DNA of 64,000 nucleotides, from contig RHPI01003156.1 of assembly GCA_009103225.1 (NCBI GenBank), forward strand, positions 926,159-990,158. Reading direction: 5' to 3'. The stretch is from Chlorokybus atmophyticus (Eukaryota > Plantae > Mesostigma and Chlorokybus algae). The notes below the pieces were generated by a model. It saw nothing but the letters and a program-made list of their open reading frames with translations, was not told the origin of the DNA and searched no databases. Positions 48,056 through 64,000 of this stretch are shown here, piece by piece. A program made the translations under genes and the position numbers. Numbering within the stretch: the stretch's first letter is position 1; every line of letters begins with the position of its first letter.

Positions 48056-50522
48056 CGGCTATCTGCCACGCTTCCATCTACGTAAGCACCACATCCGCCT
48101 CCGTGGTAGCAGGGCTTGAGGTCACACGTGCTCAGCCCGACACGGCTGCCATTGCTACGACGCCCGGCTCCCTAATTGCCATTGCCTACATTCACTGCAA
48201 GGCGCACGTCACCCACTGTCGGCATGGCTGCACAAACCGCTCCAATCAGCTCTGCTCCACTCTTCACATGGCAACTTGGATGAACTCCCTTGTGTGGTAG
48301 TAAATAAGGATGCACAATGACGGCCTCCTGTTGACTCGCACAAGCAGCGACGACATTGGCTACCGCTAAATTGCCTCGCAGCTTGTGCCCCAGTGACGCC
48401 TATGACTTACACAAGCAGTAGCAGTCAGCTCCGAGCTCTTTCACAACAGCTATGACCATGCATCAGTGATGCTCATTCTCACACTCATACGTGACCTGTA
48501 CATTTAGCCGCCTCATGACTTCCTCGCACACAACTGCAAATCGTGACGTCTATGCATTGCTGCTAACTTGTGGCTCATGCCATCAATGCAGTTCAATAAG
48601 CTCCTGCAGTCTTGTAAGCCTGGCAGCGTTCCTTTCAGCGACCTCACTAATCTCCTCCCGCCTGCAACGCACGTGGTCCTGCTGATGGAAACACCGTTAC
48701 CACTGCATGCGTTTGGTGCTTGCATGGCATATGCTGTGCAACTGAACGACCCTTCCTGTTTTAACCTGAAGTACTTCAACGTGCTCTGATGCCACAAGCC
48801 GCAAGCGGCAACAACCAGCTTGCCACAATGTGAGGTTGAATTTGATGGCCACATGACAACCACAATAGTGGCAATGCCAACGAGTTGAGCTACGTGACTT
48901 ATGACATGTAGGTCGTAATTGCACAGTTCTGCAGCCACACACCAACGGCAAGCACAATAACGAGCAAACAAAAGCCTCTCACCAGCTCCTCGCGGTCGCG
49001 GTCAATGCAGTTTCTCCACACAAGGAGATCGGCAAGCAGTGACTGCTTGTACGCAGCAGAGAAGCTGGAAGCCTCGCCCTGAAGCCTTCGCAACCTGGCA
49101 TCATAAATAGAAATTCATCCACATGTGCAACAATACCATGAACTCACACAAGCGACGGAACATTATCACACAAGCGACGGAACATTATCACTAGCAGTCA
49201 GTGTGACAGGATTCTAACCGCTGTGCAAAACTCGGCGGATGCGCCGCATTGCTGTCCCGCCTCCCTGCAGCGCCGCGGCTCGCACTCGGATTCAACTGGT
49301 TGGCTTGCTGCAGCACCCTGCTGGCTGCCTCCGCTGAGCTGCAGAAATTGAGAGTCATTTGATCTCCGACAGAAACAACAGCGCTATGGCAACGTATTGT
49401 GTGTTTGCATAGAGCGCACAGCACCGTTCGTTCTTGCGCAGGCTGTTGTCTATTCTGGAGGCCAGGCGGTCCAGAACTGCGAGCTCAGATTTGGCGGCCG
49501 CCGCCTGCATGCGAAGCTGCGAGGCCTCCCGCAGGAGCTGGTCCTTACTCCTGTAAGTATGTACATGTGCATGAGCACAACATGTGTCTATCACCTCACA
49601 GACTGGCATGCAATGTTTTAAGTTCGTGCAAAAGCAGTTGAAGCTGATCGTGGCAAACATCAGCTGTTCAGTAATGGTATGCACACACACGTATCCAGAG
49701 GCACGCACGGATGCATGCACGCACATTCAGACAATATCGCGCACACACGTGCATGCGCACACACGCCTAGTGCACCTTGTGCGGTAGCGCTGTCGCCAGA
49801 TAGTGGACTCATCAGCGTGCCTTCTGCGCTTGGGTTCCGGGGGCTCCGTGACCGACGAATGGTCACCAAAGCACGCAAAGAAAAGGGGCCTCCAGACATC
49901 GTTGGTGCTCGCCACCCTTGACCAATCCCGGCAGACCTGAAGGCAAATATCCAGGAAGACAATGAGACGTCAGTTGACAATACTTGGACCTGATCTTCAA
50001 CCGATTTGAGCGATCCAGCACTGATTAACAAGCGCTGCACCTGGGATGCATGAGCTTCACACTGCATGCGATGGTGTGCAATGCAACAGTGCTACTACTG
50101 CAGTGCTACAGCTGCTACTAACAGTGCTACTACTGCCGATTCGGGCAATCAGTTGCTCAAGCATGCACAAACCGCATGCGCGAAGCAACATCCCCACAAA
50201 ACTGATACCCATCACACTGGTGTGGTGCTGTACACACCTGCGCAGCAGCTGCAAGATCCCTGGCGCTGCAAAGCTCCTGGAACACGTGCGCGAGGAGCTC
50301 GCGAGGCAGGGCCGCCCATGCATCCGAAGACGGTGATGACGACTGTGGAGAACTGTTGTCACCAACATCGGCAAGCTGCTTCCGCTTCCGCTCCTTACTT
50401 GCAGACATTCCGTTCTGCGAGCCCGGTTTGCGCCTGCTGCTCTGACCTGAGGCAAGCTTCTCCCTGACCAGAAGCGCTGCACCTGAGAGGCCGCCACCTT
50501 TCCTTTCGGACGAGTCGTCCAT
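48056..50522 (-). CDS. F-box protein (multi-exon; 3' end uncertain)
   Basis: AWAALPRELLAHVFQELCSARDLAAAAQVC, then VWRPLF...WRQRY and coiled-coil exons (KDQLLREASQLRMQAAAAKSELAVLDRL). Confidence 0.6.
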
Positions 50523-51279
50523 GTAGAAGTGCGCTGTGATGCAGTGAAGTGGAAAACTCAGCATGGGATATACCGTCTCCAACCAAATGCATGTTCATTG
50601 ATTCACTTGTTGAGTCGTGCTGTAACCACACCAGAGTCAATTGTCCTGTCAGCTAATCAAGTGCCAACAACAGACGACAGTGTTCATACACACGCAGCAA
50701 AGGCGGGCAAACTCAAACAATTTAACAAGCAACTACGTGATCAACTCACTCAAAGCGTGCACAGTCTGCTGCAAGTGGCAGGCCCCTGAGGGTTTCACTG
50801 GCTTGCACAGCGCAATTGAGCAATTTACTGACAGTCAGAGCAGCAGCAGCAGCAAGCGACTCGACTTTGCTTGGCGAACACTGCTGCTGGCGTTCCTCGC
50901 CGCCGCCGCTTGGCCAAGCTCAACGACCGCCCACAAACAGCGCCGCGCAGAAAGATGGCTCGCTTCCACAGTCCCACCACCTCCACCTCCGCCTCCGCCT
51001 CCTCCACTGCCGCTTCCACCTCTGCCGCGTTCGCAGCGATGCCGGAAACCCGGTCAGCCAGTGTGCGAGCAAGTCTGCAGCAACGGCGGAGGAGGTGGAG
51101 GAGGAGGAAGAAGCGGCCGGGGTGAAGCAGAGTGAGGGAGAGGGTTGCAGGGAGAGGGTCGCGTGGGGATGGGGGCATGAGAAAAGGGTGAGGGTGGCCA
51201 TGCGCAGAGGGGGGAAGCTAGAAGCTGAGACAGTGTACAGTGGAAGTGCATAGTTTGAGCTCCAACAACCAACCGATTC

Positions 51280-53205
51280 ATGCTGCGTTCAACTCTTGAT
51301 CAAGGCAAGGAGGCGGGCATGCACACCGACAACATGCACATCGACGCTTTGCCCGGCGAGCTGCTGCGGGAGGTGCTCTCGCACCTGCCCTTCAGCAACG
51401 ACCTGGGACGCTGCGCCTGCGTCTGCCGCGGATGGAGGCGGCTGGAGGAGAAGGAGGAGGAGGAGGAGAAGGAGAAGGAGGGGGAAGAGGAGCTTAGAAG
51501 GAAAGGAACGGAGGAAAGCGACGGAGCAAGAGGGAGTGGAAGGGGAGAGAAGGGGAGAGAAGTTGTTGTTAAAGCGGATCTGCCTGAAGGAATTCCCTGC
51601 AGCAGTCCAGGTGCGCTTGGTCACAGCTTAAACAGTAGCACGCATAGTTTCCACTGCTGCACACGTCCACAGCTGCACTGCATCTGCATGATGTGTGCGT
51701 GCATGCATGCGTGCACGCTCTGCTAGGGGCACTCGGCCAGCATGCATTTGACGCCAGTGCAAACGTGTCGTACTTTCAGACATGTAGCATGCTAATCAGT
51801 CGGCGACTAGTTAGCAGGATAAGTCAGCGGCTGGCTAGCAGCTAGATGATATGGTAGCCAGCGAGCAGCTAGCTCAGTTGTACACTTATTTTTTTTGGTT
51901 GGTTGTTTACTACCAGCGGCAGCAGCTTTAGTTTCCTAGCAGTTACCTTGTTCAGCAATCAGCTGCGGAAGAACTGCATGGTTGCAAGCCCTTAATGTGC
52001 GCAATCCCAGTCTGTATGTGAAGTTGTTTGCGCTGTCTTGTTAGGCCAGGAAAAGAAGTTGTTCAAAACTGTACCAAGCACTACGTCTTTACATTTCAGC
52101 GGCGCTCTCGTGCAGGTGCGAAACAAGGAGGGCAGACCATACTGCATTTTGTACACGCAGTACCGGCAGTCACACCTATCACCCATGCGAGAGCGCACGC
52201 AACCTAGATCGGCCGCTTACCTATACTTGTTGCACATCGAGTATGAAGGAAGAGTCATATACTCCAACCACGCAGACGATGTAAGTTGTCAGTTGGCTTG
52301 ATTATTTATATATATTTATTTATTTGCGCATGTGCTGCATGTTGCATGTTCAACGTGCGACATGTAATGGTATTGAGCACACATGCTCCTTCATGCCATG
52401 CAATGTATCATGCCCGTGCATAATGCGCTATGAGGTCAAGGGTTAGGCTCTATTGGCTTTGTCCTGCATGCACACCTGCGCATCAAGCATGCCTTCACAG
52501 CAGGGAAGGCCCAGGTTTTCAATCAGAGAGCAGGACAAACAAAGGGGAAGTGTGCCAGGACACATGGCATGAATGCAACAATTGCAATGAAGCATTGCAA
52601 CAGCGCCNNNNNNNNNNNNNNNNNNNNNNNNNNNNNNNNNNNNNNNNNNNNNNNNNNNNNNNNNNNNNNNNNNNCGTTTCGGCCTACCTATATGCATTTG
52701 CATATGAAGATAGCTTATGGCTTTCCTTCCATTGCATACACAGGTCGAGGGGCTTGGCAAGGACTCCAAAGGGTGCTCGCTGTTTATGAAGCAAGATGCA
52801 GACATAGCTGCTGCCATTCAAGCCTTAGTGTTCGTCATCCTCAAGAGCGACAGCAAAATGGTCTGTTTGACAAGAACAACACGCGCGCGCCGGTTCCAGT
52901 TCCGCCCATTTGCAGAGAATTCCTCAGAACTTGAACGGGACGACCACGTTGGGGCCTGGCAACTCATCAGACTTCCCGGTTATGATTGGATGGTTGTGCG
53001 TTGGGAAAGCAATGCGGTGCCGTTCGGTGCGGATTTTTCGTTCCTGGCAATGTATCTCGACGTTGACGAGGACGTGGAGTCGCACAAAGGTCCAGCATAC
53101 CGAGCACCACATCATGCGCCGTTACTGGCTTGCAAGGGTGCGTGTGTCTGCAAGAAGAACTCAGTCACGCGAGTGGAAGGAGCATTTGGAATGCATCCTG
53201 TGTAG
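51280..53205 (+). CDS. F-box protein, tandem copy A (frameshift in exon 1; possible pseudogene)
   Basis: IDALPGELLREVLSHLPFSNDLGRCACVCRGWRRL. The homologous EKLLLKRICLKEFPAAV lies in a different frame beyond a purine-rich tract. Confidence 0.7.
52608..52674. other. Assembly gap (N run)
   Basis: 67 consecutive n. Confidence 0.99.
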
Positions 53206-55088
53206 CAGTGCTGTAATGTGGCACTAACCGAGCTCGGTGATGGTGGTCGTGATGGATGCTTCAATGTGCTGTGAGCGATGTGTCCTAGGCAAAGTTGATT
53301 GATAAACATGTCTTGCGTTGGTGCTGCGCTTGAACAGTGAGCAAACAAGTGGCCACAACCTGCTGCGTTTTCTGGTTGCAAGAAGCAAATTCAATGTAGT
53401 CTGTTCAGGTTACTCGATTGCACATCAGTGCATGGCGTTCCTGGAGCATTAGGTAGGGCAGCTTGGAGCAGGTACATCTGCCTGCAACTGCTTACACCTG
53501 TGTCCAAGTTGCAATGGGTTTGCATCACGGCATTGTTAGCAGCACACAGGATTGGTAATGACAGAGTTGGGTGCATACCAAGCAGCACAACGGATGGCAA
53601 GCTGAGGCAGCTTCAAGCACTGGCATTGCCGCAAGCTAGCACGTTTCCCAGCAACACGTGTTGAAGACAACATTGCGCGATTAGTTCACACGGTTATGGT
53701 GTTACTTCACAATCCTCTGCAAAGCGCATATTGCCATCTGTGCACCAAGACCGCACTCGATGGCTCCATGTTACACTATCTGTTGCACGGAAATACACAA
53801 GTTGATAGACGCTGCACCAACTTAGCATCAACCGCACCAGACTTACCCACAATGGCTGTCTTCTGCGCGGCAACGATAAAATCAATACATGCACAATCTG
53901 CACACTGGCCTCAGCAGCCACATGGTACAGTATCTTGGCAATGGCCACAGGTAGACAGGGGTGCTGGTTAAAGCATACACACGCATGTTTCTCCTGCCAC
54001 CAGCATCTCCTCCTGCTGCTCCCACAGCCAGGGGCGTGGAGGAGAACACTGTCACACTCAAGTCTAGTCGAACCACCGTCACGCTGCGTGAAGCAAATGT
54101 TACACATTCAACCTTGCAGCTCTGAGCAGCGCTAAGGTGACACCTTGCGCTGCTGTTGGCAGGCGGAGGTGGAGGAGGGGGAGGCGGAGGAGGCTGTGGA
54201 GAAAGCTGGAAGCTTCGCTTACCGTGCTGAGCGCTGGCGAGGCTGGAGGCGCTGTGAGCGACCGATCAGCACGGACACCGACTAGAAGGGCTGCGGCAGC
54301 AATTGCTGCTGTGCGCAGTAAGCCTCGCTGAAGCCGGTATGTTTGTTGGTGTATTGTTATGTTGCAGGCATTGCTTAACAACAATCGTGTGATGGTTGGC
54401 AACCAGCACGTGACTCACCAAACAAGCGATACAATGCAAGCACATGTGCAGAGCAATGCAGTCCATGCAAGGGATGACAGCAAGAGCGTAGCCCGTCGTT
54501 GCCGTGGTGGTGTGAGCGCAGCGTGCATATACAATGTCGCTTGCATGCAGTGCATAAATCGTGCTTGAGTGTTGCTTCTGCTCGCTTAAACGTGTACACG
54601 TGCGCATGCTTGGGCTTTACGTTTAGCGTAAGCGTTAAAGAGGCAACCAGTATCACCGCTGCGTGGGCCCTACTGAGCATCATCACCTGCTCATACCCAC
54701 TTAAAGTAAACGCAAACTATGATGTAGTAGTATGCAGATAGTACCAGAACTACCCGCCCAACGGTTACTGCTGATCTCTGCTAATACTACCCTCAGGAGT
54801 TGTTTGTTTACTGAACCAGTTGGAGATGCCACCACCACTGCTGCTCCTCAATCATGCTATTAATGTCGAGCCACACCCGCTGTGCTTGCACACACACCAA
54901 CAGCCTGTAAGGGGCTCTTACTCTTTGCCACCATGTATGCGATTGGCAGCTTAGCAGCCGCACTGTGCACCGCTTTGCGTGCTCACACCTGCAGAGCCTC
55001 TCAGTTAATTACTTTACTGTAGGCGTATTGTCTGTACGCAGCTTGAGCTTCGCCAACCACTGCTCATTCCGCTTGCTTCTTACCTTGA

Positions 55089-56836
55089 GTGGAAAAAGGC
55101 GGACGAAGAGCAGACAGGAGTGCATGCGCTATACACGCATTGCCTGGCGAGCTGCTGCGGGAGGTGCTCTCTCGCTTGCTTTGCGAGAACGACCTGGGAC
55201 GCTGCGCTTGCGTCTGCCGTGCCTGGAGGCGGCTGCTTGAGAAAGAGGGGGAGGAGGAGCTTGAACACGAAGAGAAAGGGATGGAGGCAAGCAAGGAGGA
55301 CGCAGTGGAAGGGCATAGAAGGCGAGAGAAGCTGTGGAGGCGGATCTGCCTGAAGGGATTCCCTGCAGCTGTTCGGGTGCGATTGGTCACGGCATGCACA
55401 GTTCCCCCTGCTGACTACTACGACTGTGATTGCATGCGTGTGTGCGCTCTACAAGGGGCACTCGTACAGCATGTGGCGCAAGTGCAACCCGGTTGGCATA
55501 TCACGTCATCAAGCACGCAGCACGCTAGTCAACCAGCTGGTTACTTGGTACATAGCAACGAGATGGTATGCTAGTCTACAAATATACAAACTATTTGTTG
55601 TGTCACAAAAACCAGCAGCTGTAGCTTCCCTGCAGTTACCTTGTCCAGTGCGGGCAGCTGCTGAAGAACTGTATTGAGTTCAAGACCACATTGTGTGCAA
55701 TCTGGTCTCTAGATAAGGTTCGCGGTGTCAATAGGCCTTGAAACTACGCAGTGTTCACATCTGGACCAAGTCTGATATAAGCACTGCAAACTGGTACCGG
55801 GTGCGTGTAGGTGTGCAACAAGGTGGGCGAATCATATCAGATGTTTTACAGGCAGTATCGGCAGTCACACCTACTATAGTATCCCCCATGGGAAAGCACT
55901 CGCTGTGCGCATATCAGACAGTTACCTTTACTTGTTGCGCATCAAGCACAACGGGAAATATGTGTACTGCATGGTTGGAGTAGTACTCCACCCATGCAGA
56001 CGAGGTAAGATGCGTTGGTTGTCAACCGAGTCACTTGTGCATGCTGCATGTTACTACATCTTACTACACTTTCACGTGCAACAGATACTGGTCAGCAGTG
56101 CGTGCTCACTACCAGGTGAGCATGCATACTGCCATGCAATGCGTTATGAGGTCATTGGGCAATTCTCGGTTGGCTTTGCCCATGCACACCCGCACACCAA
56201 GCACGCATGCACTGCAGTGAGTGGCCAGGTTTGCAACATGAGCAAGAGCAAAGCGGGGAACTGAACCAGCATACAACACATGCCATGAGAACAGAGTTGC
56301 AATGCAGCCATATGATAGCGGGGTGGGGTTTTTGATGTTTTGCAAGTGTAACCACTGCACCTTGGAAGGTGCTAATCTCTTTCCTTATGTTGCACATACA
56401 GCTGGGCGAGCTTGGCAAAGGCTTCACAGGATGCTCGCTCTTTATGAAACAATTTGCTGACATGCCTGCTGCCATGCAAGCATCAGTGTTTAATCCATTC
56501 GCAAGAGCGACAACAAAATGGCGTGTTTGACAAGAACAACCAGCGCTCGCCAGTCAAGGATTGGCTCATTTGGGGAGGATGATACGGAACCTGAACAAGA
56601 AGACCACATTGGGGCCTGGGCATCCTCGTTTCCCGGACGATGGTATTATGAGCGTCTACTGGAGTGGTAATGCAGTGCCGTTGAGTGTGGATGCTGCAAG
56701 CTTGATGTTGGTCTTCCGCGTTGAGATGGTGGAGAGTGCCACGCGGGTCAAGCATTCTGCGCACCGCGGTGTGCTCTGCTATTGTATTAAGAAGTTGATG
56801 TGGTTTCAACGGGAGATTAGACGTGCCACGAGTTGA
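55089..56836 (+). pseudogene. F-box protein, tandem copy B (frameshifts in last exon)
   Basis: IHALPGELLREVLSRLLCENDLGRCACVCRAWRRL...EKLWRRICLKGFPAAV. Later exons align to copy A (YLYLL.I...G...Y; FMKQ.AD..AA.QA; KSD.KM.CLTRTT; DH.GAW) but need two frameshifts. Confidence 0.7.
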
Positions 56837-59515
56837 GGCATGAACATTTGGAAGCCATTCTTTGCAACAACGCTGTGTTGGCATTGACCACCGGTTTGGT
56901 GCAATGTGCTGTCAGCGAAGTGTTATAGGTACAGTTGCGTATATATGCCGTGCGCTTGTGTAAGAATGGCGAGCAAACCAATGCGGCCATAGCCTGCTCC
57001 TCCTTGTTGCAAGCAAGCTCGCCTTAGTTTGTTCATGTTGTTGGACTAGACATTTGTGTTGCAGTGTTGCAGTAATCATTACATGACTGCCATGTAGTGA
57101 TTATTGTAACACTGCAACTCCATGGCATACTTGGAGCAAAAGTTAGCGCTGCTTGCAGCAGGTACAGCCATGGAAAGTGCTTATAACCCAACTTGGATTC
57201 TGATTCATAGTGACGACTTGGGCTGAGCCCAAGTCGTTACTATAAATTTGCATTACGGCAGGCTGTGGGAGTAGCATCCTTGACAAGTGAATCTAATACC
57301 TTCAACCACCACATCACATGCAAGCAAGTAAGACAGTTTAAGCACATGCATTGCCACATGCTACTAGCTAGTAGCACGCGCTGTACGCACTGCTAGTATA
57401 GCACGCACTGCCCAACAACATAGCCCAACAACTTGTTAGAAACGGCGTTTGACGGTTAGTTCACATGGGTTGCTTTGTGCACTAACACGTGGCTTCGTGT
57501 AACCGTACGTGTTGCACGTAGTTACTTCAGTTGATAGGCTGTGCATCTACTTCGACATTAAACAACCTTAAACTCGCAACGGCTGCCTGCAGGTGCGCAG
57601 CAAGAGACAATCAACACTTCCTGCATGCTTTGGTGGCCGCCGAACATCCGGCAACATACGCAATGTCCATGCTGCAATACAGCTCTGCTTTGCATCAAGA
57701 TGTAAAGTCATGCAGGTGTAAGTGATGAAATGTCACCACGATGGCAGCAAGCCAATGTCGAGCTTTAATGGTGCGCTCGGTGGTGAAGCTGTCGATAACT
57801 AAGTGATGCCTATCTTGCATCCACTTGCCGTTTAAACCGTTTGACTATCGGACAAGTAGTCCGATAGTTCGACGGTTCTGCCCCTTTGATGTTATGCCAC
57901 AAGTTTATCATGGTCTTTCAATTGTGCACAGTATGCAAATGCATATTGCCTGCATGCATGTGCATGTGCATGTGCATGGGTAAGTGGCTTGCAACTTGCA
58001 TGTGGTATCGCATGTGGGAGTGTGCACAACCTCTGATTTGAGTGTTGTATTGTTGGTTAGACACTCTGACATAAAGTGTCGTACGATGTTAGCCTTGCGG
58101 TTGCAACCGATAGCTATTTGCGTGCACACCCTACATAGGGTGCCTAGCTTCCAGGTGTTACAAGGGCTCGTCCCGTGCCACTCTACTAGGGCGGGGGCAA
58201 TGTATGTGTGGCATGGGGCGTGAGGGTCTTCAGCTGGTGGTGAGCTTACGATCATATTTGGCTCTATTACATATGATATGTGGTGCACTGCACCTCATAA
58301 TTGATGTTCAGAACAGCAGATGCACTCGCAAGCGGCTATATATAACAATGCATGTCAAAATCAATCAACTTCTCATCGGTGATCGTACACTACCAACACG
58401 CATCAAACTTGTATCGATGCAGGTCCTTGAGTATACACGCAACACACTTGCATGCACTCATGTGAGCTTAGCCTTTATGTACACTTGAAATGCTGTAAGA
58501 CTTTAAATCTCGCAAGTTGCAGCTTGTACACGGACTCGAGTGCAGTAGAATGAATGCGCAGCACCTTGAGAATGTTGATTGGATCAGCTGCCAGGCTGAT
58601 GCAAACTTCCATTCGCGGGCGCGTGAAGAATCACGAGCCAGGATCCATGATTGGTGATTCAGGTCACCTGAAACAGGCTGAAAGCGCCCTCGACTTATGG
58701 CACCGCGGGACGGTCATAGTGGCCGGCGTACCGAAATCAACCTGAGGCCTGACCTATGCTTCCTCAATGCTAGCCGGCAGCGATCGGCGACTGTCTCCGA
58801 CGCCGTTGTTGGCATGACTACCGGTCACAACTGCAACACCAAAAACTGGCCGGTACAGGACGGTGCTTTTGTCTACCGGCTGAAAGCCGGCAGAGCGCCG
58901 TCACGACCCGCCGGTCGCGCTACAGACAGTCACCGTTTCGGGGATCTTCCCCAGTCATGTTCTATTGCTCAGGAGCTCGTTTGAGGTCAATAAATGGCAT
59001 AGACGTGGGCGGAGGTTGGCTGAGCAAACAGCGTTAGGTTCGGTTTAGCTAACCGATATTTTGGACGAAGGCGCTGCTGGGGCAGTGTGCCGTGGCCTGG
59101 GCGGCGACGGCAGCAGCGGCGGCGGCGGCGGTGATTAAGGCGTGTTTGCAGCTGACATTTATGTGTCATTTGTGCTTCAGAGCTTTGGCATGAGCAGAAT
59201 TCAGTCGGTAATTGACGTTTCGGCTGGTTGGGTGAGCTGCATGCGTGTGCATGGGACACTGGTTGCCAGTCCGCAACAAGCTTGTCACTGCAGCCGTGTT
59301 GCCATGTACATTGTTGTAGTTGGTCAATACAAGTTACCTCATGAACAACTGGGTGGTATAGAGTCAGCATGCAAACTGACTGTGACAGTGGGTTGATAAA
59401 TCGTTGTGCATTGCTTGCAGGGAGCTGTGTGTTGTCCACTACTAAAGGATTGAACAGCTGAGCGCTGAATTGAGGTTGAGCTGTGCTGTGCGGAGTCTTC
59501 AAACAGCCGTTTACA

Positions 59516-63461
<3,946 letters not shown>

Positions 63462-64000
63462 TGCTCAGAGTCTACAGTCGTGTGCTAATGCTAGTATTAT
63501 TGCCATGTACATACAGTGATGAAGGCATTGTTAGACAGTCGTAGCACATTATGTTTGGTGTTTATGTAATAAGGTCCAGACTGGTTTATTCATGGGTGTA
63601 CAGCTGCGACCGGTACTGCTGTGTGAATGCACTGTCATCATTGATTTTGTTGTGATTCGATGGGAGTGCTTGCAACTGTTACGAAAACATGCGTCAATTT
63701 CATGCACAGATATCAGACCTTCACCTCATAGGCTAGGCTGGGTGACAGCTCTGTTGAAGTAAAGACCAAGGTATGGTCTGCATCAGCACGCAACCGGCGT
63801 ACAGAGAGCCAAAATGGTTCAGGGATGGTCAGCTGTGTCTGAACAGTGCCTGAAGTGTGTAAAGCTCCACGCCTGCATATGGAAAATAGAGGGGCCCCCA
63901 ATCAACATACAGACTGCATACACGTCATCAACAACAACAAGCCATACAACAGCTACAACTAGGGGGCCTGGTCTAAGTGCAAGTGCTGGAACGACTGGCA

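Noticed and set aside
53400-54700. Possible decayed paralogue of the minus-strand F-box gene (shared RLQ.G and EASSF words)
   Set aside because: Only two short matches, no F-box and no alignable exon series.

Overview
This is eukaryotic, intron-rich nuclear DNA from a green-lineage alga, inferred from plastid-targeted TPR and RETICULATA/DUF3411 genes, GT/GC-AG introns and TGCA/CATG-rich introns. Host genes recognised: a plastid TPR protein (-), DNAJC21/JJJ1-like (-), an ATAD2/YTA7-like AAA+ bromodomain ATPase (+), a GLTSCR1-domain protein (+), a saposin/Canopy-like membrane protein (-), a DUF3411 RETICULATA-related protein (+), three F-box genes (two are decaying tandem paralogues) and a cationic amino-acid transporter (+). 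About 5.8-28 kb is a nest of decayed mobile DNA. Its centre is a candidate ~14.2 kb DNA transposon (11014-25228; putative 9-bp TIRs CGTCGCAAA with AT flanks; 53-bp subterminal tandem array). It carries an intron-containing Plavaka-type transposase, a convergent phage-type C5-cytosine methyltransferase directly downstream of a Tudor domain, an OTU-like protease and further unknown ORFs. Palindromic GTACCAT sites lie upstream of its genes, and most ORFs are broken by transition-type stop codons. Also present: an inverted relative of the element's left end, a Penelope-like RT remnant, a TA-flanked MITE-like element, a tRNA-derived sequence and an 880-bp exact duplication that may be an assembly artefact. 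All domain calls come from motif recognition by eye; no searches were run.
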